DNA from: Thermoplasmata archaeon
GTDB taxonomy: Archaea > Thermoplasmatota > Poseidoniia > Poseidoniales > Thalassarchaeaceae
Assembly: GCA_002727675.1 (NCBI GenBank)
Contig: PBXQ01000073.1
Coordinates: forward strand, 31,272 to 95,271
Direction: 5' to 3'
Length of the DNA stretch: 64,000 nucleotides
Shown here one piece after another: positions 48,194 to 56,337 of this stretch (its first letter is position 1; each line of letters starts with the position of its first letter). The notes under the pieces are model-generated. The model ran no database searches. It was not told the origin of the DNA and saw nothing but the letters and a program-made list of their open reading frames with translations. A program made the translations under genes and the position numbers.

Positions 48194-48937
48194 TTAGAAA
48201 TCAAAGAGATTTTTTTCACGCAGCAGAGGTTCACCTCTTGGTCTAATAGGGATTTCATTATTATGGTGTTCTCGCCAAGCATTTTGGCTGCTTTTCCAGA
48301 CCCAACGTAGCATTTCATGAGGAATGTTCCCCGATACAAGTGCGGCCATTTGAGCTTGTGTTTTTGGGTCATGGGGATATCCCGAACCAAAATCTACAGA
48401 TTCATTTTTACTAAGTAATTCTATTTCTGAGTCTCTAACAACCTTTGCTATTATGGAAGCCGCTCCAACGACTAGATGTTTTGAATCTGCACCATGTTCA
48501 CTTACAATTTCCCATTTGGGATGTGGCCAACCTATAATCCTAGAACCAACTTTATTGCCAAATTTTTCTTCGTTTACATCACATGCATCGATATGTAATA
48601 TTCCTCGCTTTGGCACCTCAAAAGAAAATAATTCATTACTAATGTGGGCAAACATACCCACTTCTAAATCATTTAATGATCTATTTTCCATCCAATTATC
48701 TATTTGATGGGGGGATGCTTTCAAAACTTCAATTCTCCATCCTCTTTTTGTGGCTTGTTGGTATAGCCATTCATAGCATTCAATTCTTTTATCATTTGGG
48801 ATCAATTTTGAATCTTTAATGCCCATTTTATCTAACATTATTTCATCTTCTTTGGGCAAAGAAATACCCGCAACTACAAGTGGCCCCAAGCAAGGCCCTC
48901 TGCCTGCTTCATCAATACCCATTAGCCACATTTTCAT
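48194..48937 (-). CDS. rnhB: Ribonuclease HII
   Basis: GIDEAGRGP, DSK, IDACD, AASIIAKV, GSGYPHDP. Confidence 0.96.
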   Translation of the reverse strand: MKMWLMGIDEAGRGPCLGPLVVAGISLPKEDEIMLDKMGIKDSKLIPNDKRIECYEWLYQQATKRGWRIEVLKASPHQIDNWMENRSLNDLEVGMFAHISNELFSFEVPKRGILHIDACDVNEEKFGNKVGSRIIGWPHPKWEIVSEHGADSKHLVVGAASIIAKVVRDSEIELLSKNESVDFGSGYPHDPKTQAQMAALVSGNIPHEMLRWVWKSSQNAWREHHNNEIPIRPRGEPLLREKNLFDF

Positions 48938-48940
48938 ACC

Positions 48941-51238
48941 TCAAAAATCTAGGTCAAATTCTTCATCATTGGTACTTTTTTCCACTTTTTCTTTCTTTTC
49001 AGAGTTAGGCGTAATTATACCTACTTTGACAGGTTTCACAACCTTTTTCCCCTTTTTGTTTCCACCTTCAGTCTTTTTCTTTTTTTGATATTTTTCTTTT
49101 CTATTTGTTCTTCCAGTAACAGATTCCTTTTTCGTTAACAACTCCATAGCAGGATGGGGCTCATTTTCTTTGACTAGTTTATTTGCTAATTCATCAAGTA
49201 AATCATTTTCAATTGCTTTTTCATGATGTTCAAAAACAGTATTTGCGGCTTCAAGTAACCCTTCAGAAGGTTTCGAATTTCTCTTCTTTGGTTTAGGTGA
49301 TGATTTTGATGAGAAAACTTCTTTAAATTCATCTGCAGAAACTTGGTTTGCATTTTCAGATTTTATTACTGGAACTTGACTCTTTTCACCGCGATTAAAT
49401 TTACTCATCCACTGGCCGGGTTTTTCTGGTTCAGGTGGTTCGGGGGTAGTCATTCTGGCTTTCCATTCTGCGTCTTTTCGTTGTCTGTGTTTTACTGCTT
49501 GGAATAATATTAAACTACCTATGACTGTAATAATTACAGAGAACCCAATCCCATTAAATTGATTCCATAAATTTGCCAAGTAAAGTTCTATTTCAAGCCA
49601 AAATGAATTTTCAGGAATAGTATCCACGCGGTAACTTATTCCTAGGTAGTCCACTTTAGTTTCATTGGTAAATATAATATCTGGATTCAATGCACTTTGC
49701 ATATCAACTGTCATAGTGATAGTCCCATTAGCCTCTGGATTTTCAGGAATATACATCCATGACCTAAAAGAAAAATTGGCTCCTGGCTGAATCTCATCAA
49801 TAATAAAAAATCGTGGAGCACCAGTTTCTGAGCCATGTTCTGAAAATTCTGGTGGAACTAAACCATGGTCAACACTTACATCAACGTGCAGGCTGACTTG
49901 CAAACCGTCATTTCCATTGCCTACATTTCGTATTGTAAATAGTACAGAAACATTGTCTTGAGAATCGGTGCTATTTTCAACCGCTCGTAATTCCCAATCA
50001 ACAATTTGTGAAACATTTAATTCTATTATTGTGCTATCTATGATTTCCCCTGTTCCAAGTTTTAGTGTTACTGTGGCAAAACCTTGGGTGAATGCAGGCA
50101 TCATTTCATTTACTTTAATCGTAAGTGGGCTAATTTCTTGTGTAGTTCCTTTACTAATGCTGAAAGTATTTTGCGAAATTTCTGTTTGTAACCAATCGGG
50201 CGCATCGACTACCAATTCGTAAGAGTCAGCATAATTACCTAGGTTGGTTACAGATATCGTCGTATTACAGCTATCAAATGGAAGTAGTTTTATTCCATCA
50301 CAACGACCATCAATTGATAGGCTCCCCCCTCTGTCCCAAGAAATCGTGGAATTAATGACAACCATTACACTGTCACTTGGGTTGTATGCACTCCATGCAA
50401 TAACTCCAACTTTCGTAGTGCCTGATGTGACGTCGGGTGGCTGTATTTCCACGTCAAATGTCACCAAGGAATTTACTCCTATACCATTTCCTGATGGGCC
50501 ATTCAAATTGTGAACGTTAAATACGCCCACTAGCCACCCCTCATATTGATAGGATAAATCAGGTGTAAATCCATTAATGGGTGTCCCATTGTCGTCTAAT
50601 GGTACAACTTTTGCAACTAATTGGGCAGGGGAATTTCCTGTATTTCTCAATGTAAGAGTGGTGCGTTTTTTAATGCCCGGGTCAAAACTTAAATTGATAT
50701 TATTTGATTCGTAAGTTGTCTGAAAAACTTCATCTACTTCTAGGCTGAAATTGTAGGTTACTTGTTCATTATCAATACTAGATTTGGCGATAATTTGGAA
50801 ATTATGTTTTATAAAAGCCAGTGGCGAACCATTGATTACTTCTGGCACATCAATCACATATTTTGGCCAAGCAAGGCCTCCAGGTGAGATATTTATTTGA
50901 TTTTCTTGATCACAGGGGGTGCTGGTATTATACCAAAAACAACTCCATTCTGTGTCACTATTCATTGTAAAAGCAACATTATCATCAACTCCTGCTCCGT
51001 TGGTGATATTGACAGCCATGGTAATGTAAATTCCTGCTTGGGCATAGACATTTAGTCCTGAATTAGGGCCCCATGAGAGATTGCTATTCGTATTGTTATT
51101 CCTAGAATTTTCTGCAAAGTAATGGCCTTTGTCTTCATTATCGTATTTTGAAGATGGTGAACTAGTGAATAGTGGATTTTGGCAGGAAATAAATAATGCT
51201 AATAGCAATATTAAGGGTATGACATAATTTCTGCCCAC
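48941..51238 (-). CDS. Membrane-anchored surface protein with tandem NEW3/CARDB-like domains and a Lys/Glu-rich tail
   Basis: Signal peptide; repeated LRNTGN, VTNLGN, IRNVGN motifs; TM IGFSVIITVIGSLILF; charged tail. Confidence 0.7.
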   Translation of the reverse strand: MGRNYVIPLILLLALFISCQNPLFTSSPSSKYDNEDKGHYFAENSRNNNTNSNLSWGPNSGLNVYAQAGIYITMAVNITNGAGVDDNVAFTMNSDTEWSCFWYNTSTPCDQENQINISPGGLAWPKYVIDVPEVINGSPLAFIKHNFQIIAKSSIDNEQVTYNFSLEVDEVFQTTYESNNINLSFDPGIKKRTTLTLRNTGNSPAQLVAKVVPLDDNGTPINGFTPDLSYQYEGWLVGVFNVHNLNGPSGNGIGVNSLVTFDVEIQPPDVTSGTTKVGVIAWSAYNPSDSVMVVINSTISWDRGGSLSIDGRCDGIKLLPFDSCNTTISVTNLGNYADSYELVVDAPDWLQTEISQNTFSISKGTTQEISPLTIKVNEMMPAFTQGFATVTLKLGTGEIIDSTIIELNVSQIVDWELRAVENSTDSQDNVSVLFTIRNVGNGNDGLQVSLHVDVSVDHGLVPPEFSEHGSETGAPRFFIIDEIQPGANFSFRSWMYIPENPEANGTITMTVDMQSALNPDIIFTNETKVDYLGISYRVDTIPENSFWLEIELYLANLWNQFNGIGFSVIITVIGSLILFQAVKHRQRKDAEWKARMTTPEPPEPEKPGQWMSKFNRGEKSQVPVIKSENANQVSADEFKEVFSSKSSPKPKKRNSKPSEGLLEAANTVFEHHEKAIENDLLDELANKLVKENEPHPAMELLTKKESVTGRTNRKEKYQKKKKTEGGNKKGKKVVKPVKVGIITPNSEKKEKVEKSTNDEEFDLDF

Positions 51239-51359
51239 ACCCTCGCGAATTGTCCTTATTCTTGAAGGATTTCTTCTAATTGCTCAGTAATACTTCAAAC
51301 TTTGAGATATTTGAATAATGTGGTATAATTCTAAGAGGGGAGACCCTAAAGGGCTTAAC

Positions 51360-51713
51360 ATGGGGAAGTTTTGGCCATTCAACAAGAAGAAACCCGAGCC
51401 CGAAGGACAAAAGGTAGTTACATACACTAAAGATGAAAATTCTTCTGAAGAATTATTGTCAGACAGAAGTCATATCGAAGATGATCAATATAAGGCAGCA
51501 CTGGATTTATTGACAAAACCTCATTTAGGCTCACCTGAATCTGGAAATCCTTCCACTTCAGAAGTTGTAGAAAATGAAAATACGGGCTCACTCGGCGTCC
51601 CAACTTATATTCAAAGTGATGATGGCTATTGGTATATTTTGAATGATGATGGAAGTTATAATCCTACGGCTTACATTAAGAATGATGATGGATCTTATAG
51701 CGCATATTCGTAG
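51360..51713 (+). CDS. Small acidic hypothetical protein with 3 YIxxDDGxY/W repeats
   Basis: YIQSDDGYW, YILNDDGSY, YIKNDDGSY; probable start MGKFWPF at 51360 (ORF open from 51318). Confidence 0.65.
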   Translation: MGKFWPFNKKKPEPEGQKVVTYTKDENSSEELLSDRSHIEDDQYKAALDLLTKPHLGSPESGNPSTSEVVENENTGSLGVPTYIQSDDGYWYILNDDGSYNPTAYIKNDDGSYSAYS

Positions 51714-51720
51714 AGTGGAA

Positions 51721-53481
51721 TCAATGCACAGGGTCAGGAATTAGGCTAGAAATTGCTTCTACATCAAATTCACCTGCTTGAATTGGTACACGTAATTCAA
51801 ACAAGTCTGCGGTGACAGGATCTATTTCCCCGATGGTTCCAACAATTTTACCGGACAATAGTACAGTTGCACCTCTACCATTTAGCCAAGGTCCTGAATT
51901 ATTTGTAATTGGTTCATAAGAAATTTCCATTCCTTCGCTATTTGCCCCAAGGTCTCTAAGTAATGATTGAGCAATTCCTTTAGCTCCAGTAAAACCAGTA
52001 CCTACTTCGGCACATGCCCATGCAACTCTGTCTTTGTTATGGTGGTCATGTACAACTGTTCCTAATTCATACACTCTTTGGGGTAATTCATGATGGCGAT
52101 TTGCTGCTAGTAGCCTTAGTAAACTTGGAATCAAAAATTGCCTCATGATGGTATGTTCTGTAGTGATGGGGTTGTGCAATTCTGTAACTTCATTTACCTT
52201 TTCATATCTCATTTTTGTAAATTGATCTGATTCATTTGATAGTGTTAATGATTGGATTTGCTGCATTCCCAATCCTTGCATTGAATGCCTAATTCGTCTA
52301 TTCAAGGTCATTTTAGGTAAAGGCTTTCCAGCAATATTTTGTTCGGTATGTGATATTCCTAAGTCCTCGAAACCAATTCCTGTTGCTACTTCTTCTACTA
52401 AGTCAACAGGATGTAATATGTCAGCTCGCCATCTAGGCATTTCGATTAAATATTCATCTTCACCTACCGCTGAATCGGCCCACTTCTCTCTAGTTAGTGG
52501 CCCATCAGTAACTACTCTTCTTCGAATTAATTTACCTCCCATTCTATTTAGTGCATCTGAAATTTCTCTATCACTAAATTCTCTGCCCAACACCTCTTCT
52601 AAGAGAGTTTTAGGTAGGCGGTGAACCTTAGGTTTACCATTTGGGCAATCACTAATATTCCCATCCCATCCAGTTAATTCAATACTTTCCACATTACCTT
52701 CTCTAACTGCTAGTGATAAACAGACTAAGAGTAGTGATGATTCACACGCTCTGGCATCCCAGCCAGTAACATCGATGAAGAAGTCATTAGTTGCTTCACT
52801 TACTGTCGTATGTGCTCCGTTAATGATTGGCGGGAATGATAGGACGTCTCCAGCAGAATCTAATATGACTGGGAATTTTTCATAACCTTCTAGTAGGTGT
52901 GCATAATCAATTCCTTTAGGATGCTCTGATAGAATTTCTGAAATTGACATTTTTCGTTCCATTGCTAGAGGAATAAATTCATAATCTGAACCAACTGTAA
53001 CTACTTTGAATGGTGGTTTCAAATTAGAAAGGTCATGCACTCCTACTGAAGATCTCTTTCTCCCACGCCCAAGTGCGAAGTGCAATTTTTCTTGATGGTC
53101 CATTAATCCCTGGATGAATTCATTTCTTGCTTCTTCCGTATGGCCTGTATTAACACCACGTACGACTGCACCATAGATAATTGGTCTAATATTTTCTAGG
53201 GATTGGTCCACAGTCATTTTGATATTCCCTTTATTGACTTTAAGCGTTGGATTAGATGTTTTATTATGTAGGAATGTTCGGGTGGCATAAGCCATAGTTT
53301 CAGCGGATAATAAATCAGGTCTATCAGGAAAAACTTCAATTTCAATGGTTTCATCATTACATTCTTCAACAGAACATCCAATAAGTCCAAGTCTATCTTC
53401 CCAATCTTTTGGAAAATATGTGATGTCGGCATTTAGTTGCAAACGCCTAATCACTTCATGACTAAATGTGACAGTTGGCAT
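51721..53481 (-). CDS. pheT: Phenylalanine--tRNA ligase beta subunit (archaeal type)
   Basis: PDRPDLLS, HQEKLH, GVHDL, SFPPIING, RADILHPVDLVEEVA, GEIDP. Confidence 0.96.
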   Translation of the reverse strand: MPTVTFSHEVIRRLQLNADITYFPKDWEDRLGLIGCSVEECNDETIEIEVFPDRPDLLSAETMAYATRTFLHNKTSNPTLKVNKGNIKMTVDQSLENIRPIIYGAVVRGVNTGHTEEARNEFIQGLMDHQEKLHFALGRGRKRSSVGVHDLSNLKPPFKVVTVGSDYEFIPLAMERKMSISEILSEHPKGIDYAHLLEGYEKFPVILDSAGDVLSFPPIINGAHTTVSEATNDFFIDVTGWDARACESSLLLVCLSLAVREGNVESIELTGWDGNISDCPNGKPKVHRLPKTLLEEVLGREFSDREISDALNRMGGKLIRRRVVTDGPLTREKWADSAVGEDEYLIEMPRWRADILHPVDLVEEVATGIGFEDLGISHTEQNIAGKPLPKMTLNRRIRHSMQGLGMQQIQSLTLSNESDQFTKMRYEKVNEVTELHNPITTEHTIMRQFLIPSLLRLLAANRHHELPQRVYELGTVVHDHHNKDRVAWACAEVGTGFTGAKGIAQSLLRDLGANSEGMEISYEPITNNSGPWLNGRGATVLLSGKIVGTIGEIDPVTADLFELRVPIQAGEFDVEAISSLIPDPVH

Positions 53482-53491
53482 TATTTCACCT

Positions 53492-55063
53492 TCATCCTAG
53501 CCATTGAGGCATTGGCCTGTCATATCCAGCCAATCGTATTCCTGTAATATTTGCCGTGTCCGAATCTAGGGCTCTAAGGTGGCGGCGGTTTAGTTGATCA
53601 ACACCATCTTCTCCGATTTCAATCAATCTTCCTCTTATCCCCGCATCGATTTCTGCTAACCATGAATCTATTACTTCTGATGTGGCTTTAGCAGATGTAG
53701 GTAAATCTCTATCTGAGAATGGGTTTGATACCACAAAATTTGCCCCGGCTGAACAAATAATCAAAATATCACTATCTGAAGCAGACCATGGTATTGAAAG
53801 GCCTTGGTTTACGCCTTTTCTTGCTAGTTGATGCTCTCGTGCTGAAAGACCCATCATAGGGAGCGCCGCACTTGCTGGAAGTTGTGCGGGTGTAGATGAA
53901 TTTACAATCACCCCGTCACAATCTAATGCAACTGAAAGTCGATGTAGTAGGTTTACTCTATCCACGCCACCTTCTATAATGACGAATGTATCATCGTTTA
54001 ATTTAGACTTAACAAGTGAAATTAAGGCATCCAGTTCCGCATCGTTTAATCTTGGTAATTCATCAATACAAATCACGGCCCCACCAGCTTCAGTTAGCCA
54101 TTTTGCAGAATCATGTAAATTATCTTCATTAATTCTGATTAAATCAATTGGCCTAGGATTAGATTCTACTATGCATGGTTGCCTACTAATAAATCTCCCA
54201 GTTAGCCCCTTTCCGCTACTAAGTCTTGGGAAAATCGGAATTGGTAGTAAAATTCCCTTTTCTTTGTCCCTCAATTGCAATAGTGTTAGTAAATCTAGTG
54301 GGGAGTGTTGATGAAGTCTAGGTTTACCTGATGATACAATTGTTATTGATTCAAATTGAGAATCTACGCCTTGTTCTGGCTTTTCGTTAATGGTGGGGTG
54401 TTCTTCATCGGAAATTATTAGGGCAGCATCAGAATCAATTTTAAGATTTAATTCTGATAATGTTTCATTAATTTCATTGAATGTTTCACTATCCAAAGGA
54501 ATGCTCTTCGCCCCTTCTCCAGGGGGTGGGCAACGGCCGTTGACAATAATGCGCCCACCTAGCATATTTGTGCCAATTTCGGATGCAGCATCTCCCATTA
54601 TTACAAGCGTACCTCCTTTCATCCCGGCTCCACTTCTTTTTCCAGCCGATCCTCTAACTACAATTAGTCCGCCAATCATTCCACAACCGGCTTCCGCTCC
54701 TGCTGAACCTTGGGCGAGAATAACACCATCCTCCATGTTAAGTCCGAGTCTTGCTCCACATTCTTTGTCTACGACTAATTTAGCACCGCGGTTCCAGGCT
54801 CCAAAAAGCCCTGATGTTTCCCCCTCAAGGGTGAAATTACCCCCTTCGGCACATATGGCTGTTAAATCACTGATGTTCCCAAGAAGTCTTACTCTAGCAC
54901 CAATAGGTAAATGAGACGCTACACCCATTTCACCATCACGTGGTTTTGGGTCATTCCCTTTACCCCATCCTATTTTTATTGCCTTGTTTACCTTGAGTGC
55001 TTTATCTAATAGAGAAGACAGTTCTCTATTCAACTGAATGCTCTTCTCAACTATCTCTCGCAT
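53492..55063 (-). CDS. Glutamate-synthase-related protein: N-terminal GXGXG (GltB domain 3/FwdC-like) beta-helix plus degenerate FMN-barrel-like domain
   Basis: G-x-x-M-x-G-G repeats (GLNMEDG, GCGMIGG, GAGMKGG, GTNMLGG); C-terminus LRALDSDTANITGIRLAG resembles archaeal GltB domain 2 / GlxD ends. Confidence 0.7.
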   Translation of the reverse strand: MREIVEKSIQLNRELSSLLDKALKVNKAIKIGWGKGNDPKPRDGEMGVASHLPIGARVRLLGNISDLTAICAEGGNFTLEGETSGLFGAWNRGAKLVVDKECGARLGLNMEDGVILAQGSAGAEAGCGMIGGLIVVRGSAGKRSGAGMKGGTLVIMGDAASEIGTNMLGGRIIVNGRCPPPGEGAKSIPLDSETFNEINETLSELNLKIDSDAALIISDEEHPTINEKPEQGVDSQFESITIVSSGKPRLHQHSPLDLLTLLQLRDKEKGILLPIPIFPRLSSGKGLTGRFISRQPCIVESNPRPIDLIRINEDNLHDSAKWLTEAGGAVICIDELPRLNDAELDALISLVKSKLNDDTFVIIEGGVDRVNLLHRLSVALDCDGVIVNSSTPAQLPASAALPMMGLSAREHQLARKGVNQGLSIPWSASDSDILIICSAGANFVVSNPFSDRDLPTSAKATSEVIDSWLAEIDAGIRGRLIEIGEDGVDQLNRRHLRALDSDTANITGIRLAGYDRPMPQWLG

Positions 55064-55139
55064 TACACACCCTCAACTGTGTCCCGACACCACATGTTAT
55101 TGATGATGACGCTTCTATCTTATCGTTAATTCCATTTTT

Positions 55140-55154
55140 ACGCCCTTTGGGCGT
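55140..55154. promoter_or_regulatory. Inverted repeat ACGCCC-TTT-GGGCGT
   Basis: Perfect 6-bp stem, 3-nt loop, in the divergent spacer upstream of gap. Function inferred. Confidence 0.4.
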
Positions 55155-55230
55155 TTAGGGTTTTATTGGTTATGTTCTTAGACAGTTGTCTATCGCCACC
55201 TACTGCAGGCAGTGGCGGGAGTGGTATTTG

Positions 55231-56271
55231 GTGACTTCAATTAAAGTGGCAATTAATGGATTTGGAACAATTGGTAAGAGGGTCGCTGATGCAGTAGATG
55301 CTCAAGATGATATGGAGATAGTTGGTGTTACCAAGACAGGACCTTCATTTGGTTGTGATTTAGCTGTAAAGAAGGGTTTTCCACTTTATTGTACATTTGA
55401 TGAACCAGATAGAATAGCTCGGTTTTCAGAGCAAGGATACAATTGCTTGGGTGGTTTATCTTATTTAATGGCTGTTGCTGATGTTGTTGTTGATTGTTCT
55501 CCTGGAAAAATGGGCGCTGATAATTTGGCAAAGTACCAATCTGCTGGTGTCAAATATTTGTTCCAAGGTGGTGAAAAGCATGAATTAACAGGTCGTTCCT
55601 ACACAAGTTCTGCAAATCACAAGGAGAATCTAGGGGTTGAAGGTGTAAGGGTGGTGTCGTGTAATACTACTGGATTATCTAGGACATTAGTTCCTCTTTA
55701 CGAGTATTGTGGTTCATTAAAAGTTGAATGCACTATGATACGCCGTGCTGCAGATCCAGGTGATTCTAGCAAGGGTCCAATTAATGCTATTAAACCAGTA
55801 CTAAAAGTCCCCAGTCACCATGGTCCTGATGTGATGACAGTGAAACCCGAAATTGAAATAAATTCTCTTGCAGTAGCAGTCCCAACTACGATAATGCATC
55901 TGCATGCTATTATTGCAGACTTACCGGAAGGCCATGGGTTAACTACAGATGCAATATTGGCTATGTGGGAGGAAACCCCTAGAGTGATAGTAATGAATGG
56001 GTCGGATAACCGTATTACTACCACAGCTGAAGTGATGGAAATGGCAAGAGATATTGGTCGTAAATGGGGCGACTTACACGAGATATTTGTATGGGAAGAT
56101 GGAGTTAGCTTGGTAGGTAATCGTCTATATTATTTCCAAGCAATTCACCAAGAATCAGATGTAATTCCAGAGAATGTGGACGCTATAAGGGCAGTGATGG
56201 GCATAGATATGGACTGGCGTACTTCAGTAGCAAAAACAGACGCTGCAATTTCTGCATATTACAACCTATAA
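55231..56271 (+). CDS. gap: Glyceraldehyde-3-phosphate dehydrogenase, archaeal type II
   Basis: INGFGTIGKRVADA, FQGGEK, VVSCNTTGL, SHHGPDV, IHQESDVIPENVDAIRA; probable GTG 55231 (ORF open from 55186). Confidence 0.96.
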   Translation: MTSIKVAINGFGTIGKRVADAVDAQDDMEIVGVTKTGPSFGCDLAVKKGFPLYCTFDEPDRIARFSEQGYNCLGGLSYLMAVADVVVDCSPGKMGADNLAKYQSAGVKYLFQGGEKHELTGRSYTSSANHKENLGVEGVRVVSCNTTGLSRTLVPLYEYCGSLKVECTMIRRAADPGDSSKGPINAIKPVLKVPSHHGPDVMTVKPEIEINSLAVAVPTTIMHLHAIIADLPEGHGLTTDAILAMWEETPRVIVMNGSDNRITTTAEVMEMARDIGRKWGDLHEIFVWEDGVSLVGNRLYYFQAIHQESDVIPENVDAIRAVMGIDMDWRTSVAKTDAAISAYYNL

Positions 56272-56285
56272 TTCGATGATACTTA

Positions 56286-56302
56286 GACGCTCTAAGAGCG
56301 TC
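56286..56302. promoter_or_regulatory. Inverted repeat GACGCTC-TAA-GAGCGTC
   Basis: Perfect 7-bp stem, 3-nt loop, between gap and the S8 gene. Function inferred. Confidence 0.45.
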
Positions 56303-56337
56303 AACTATCAAAAGGGGCTTGATGACTCGACAATTCA

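Noticed and set aside
54390-54914. 174-aa Pro/Ser-rich plus-strand ORF
   Set aside because: Mirror of the Gly-rich GXGXG codons on the opposite strand.
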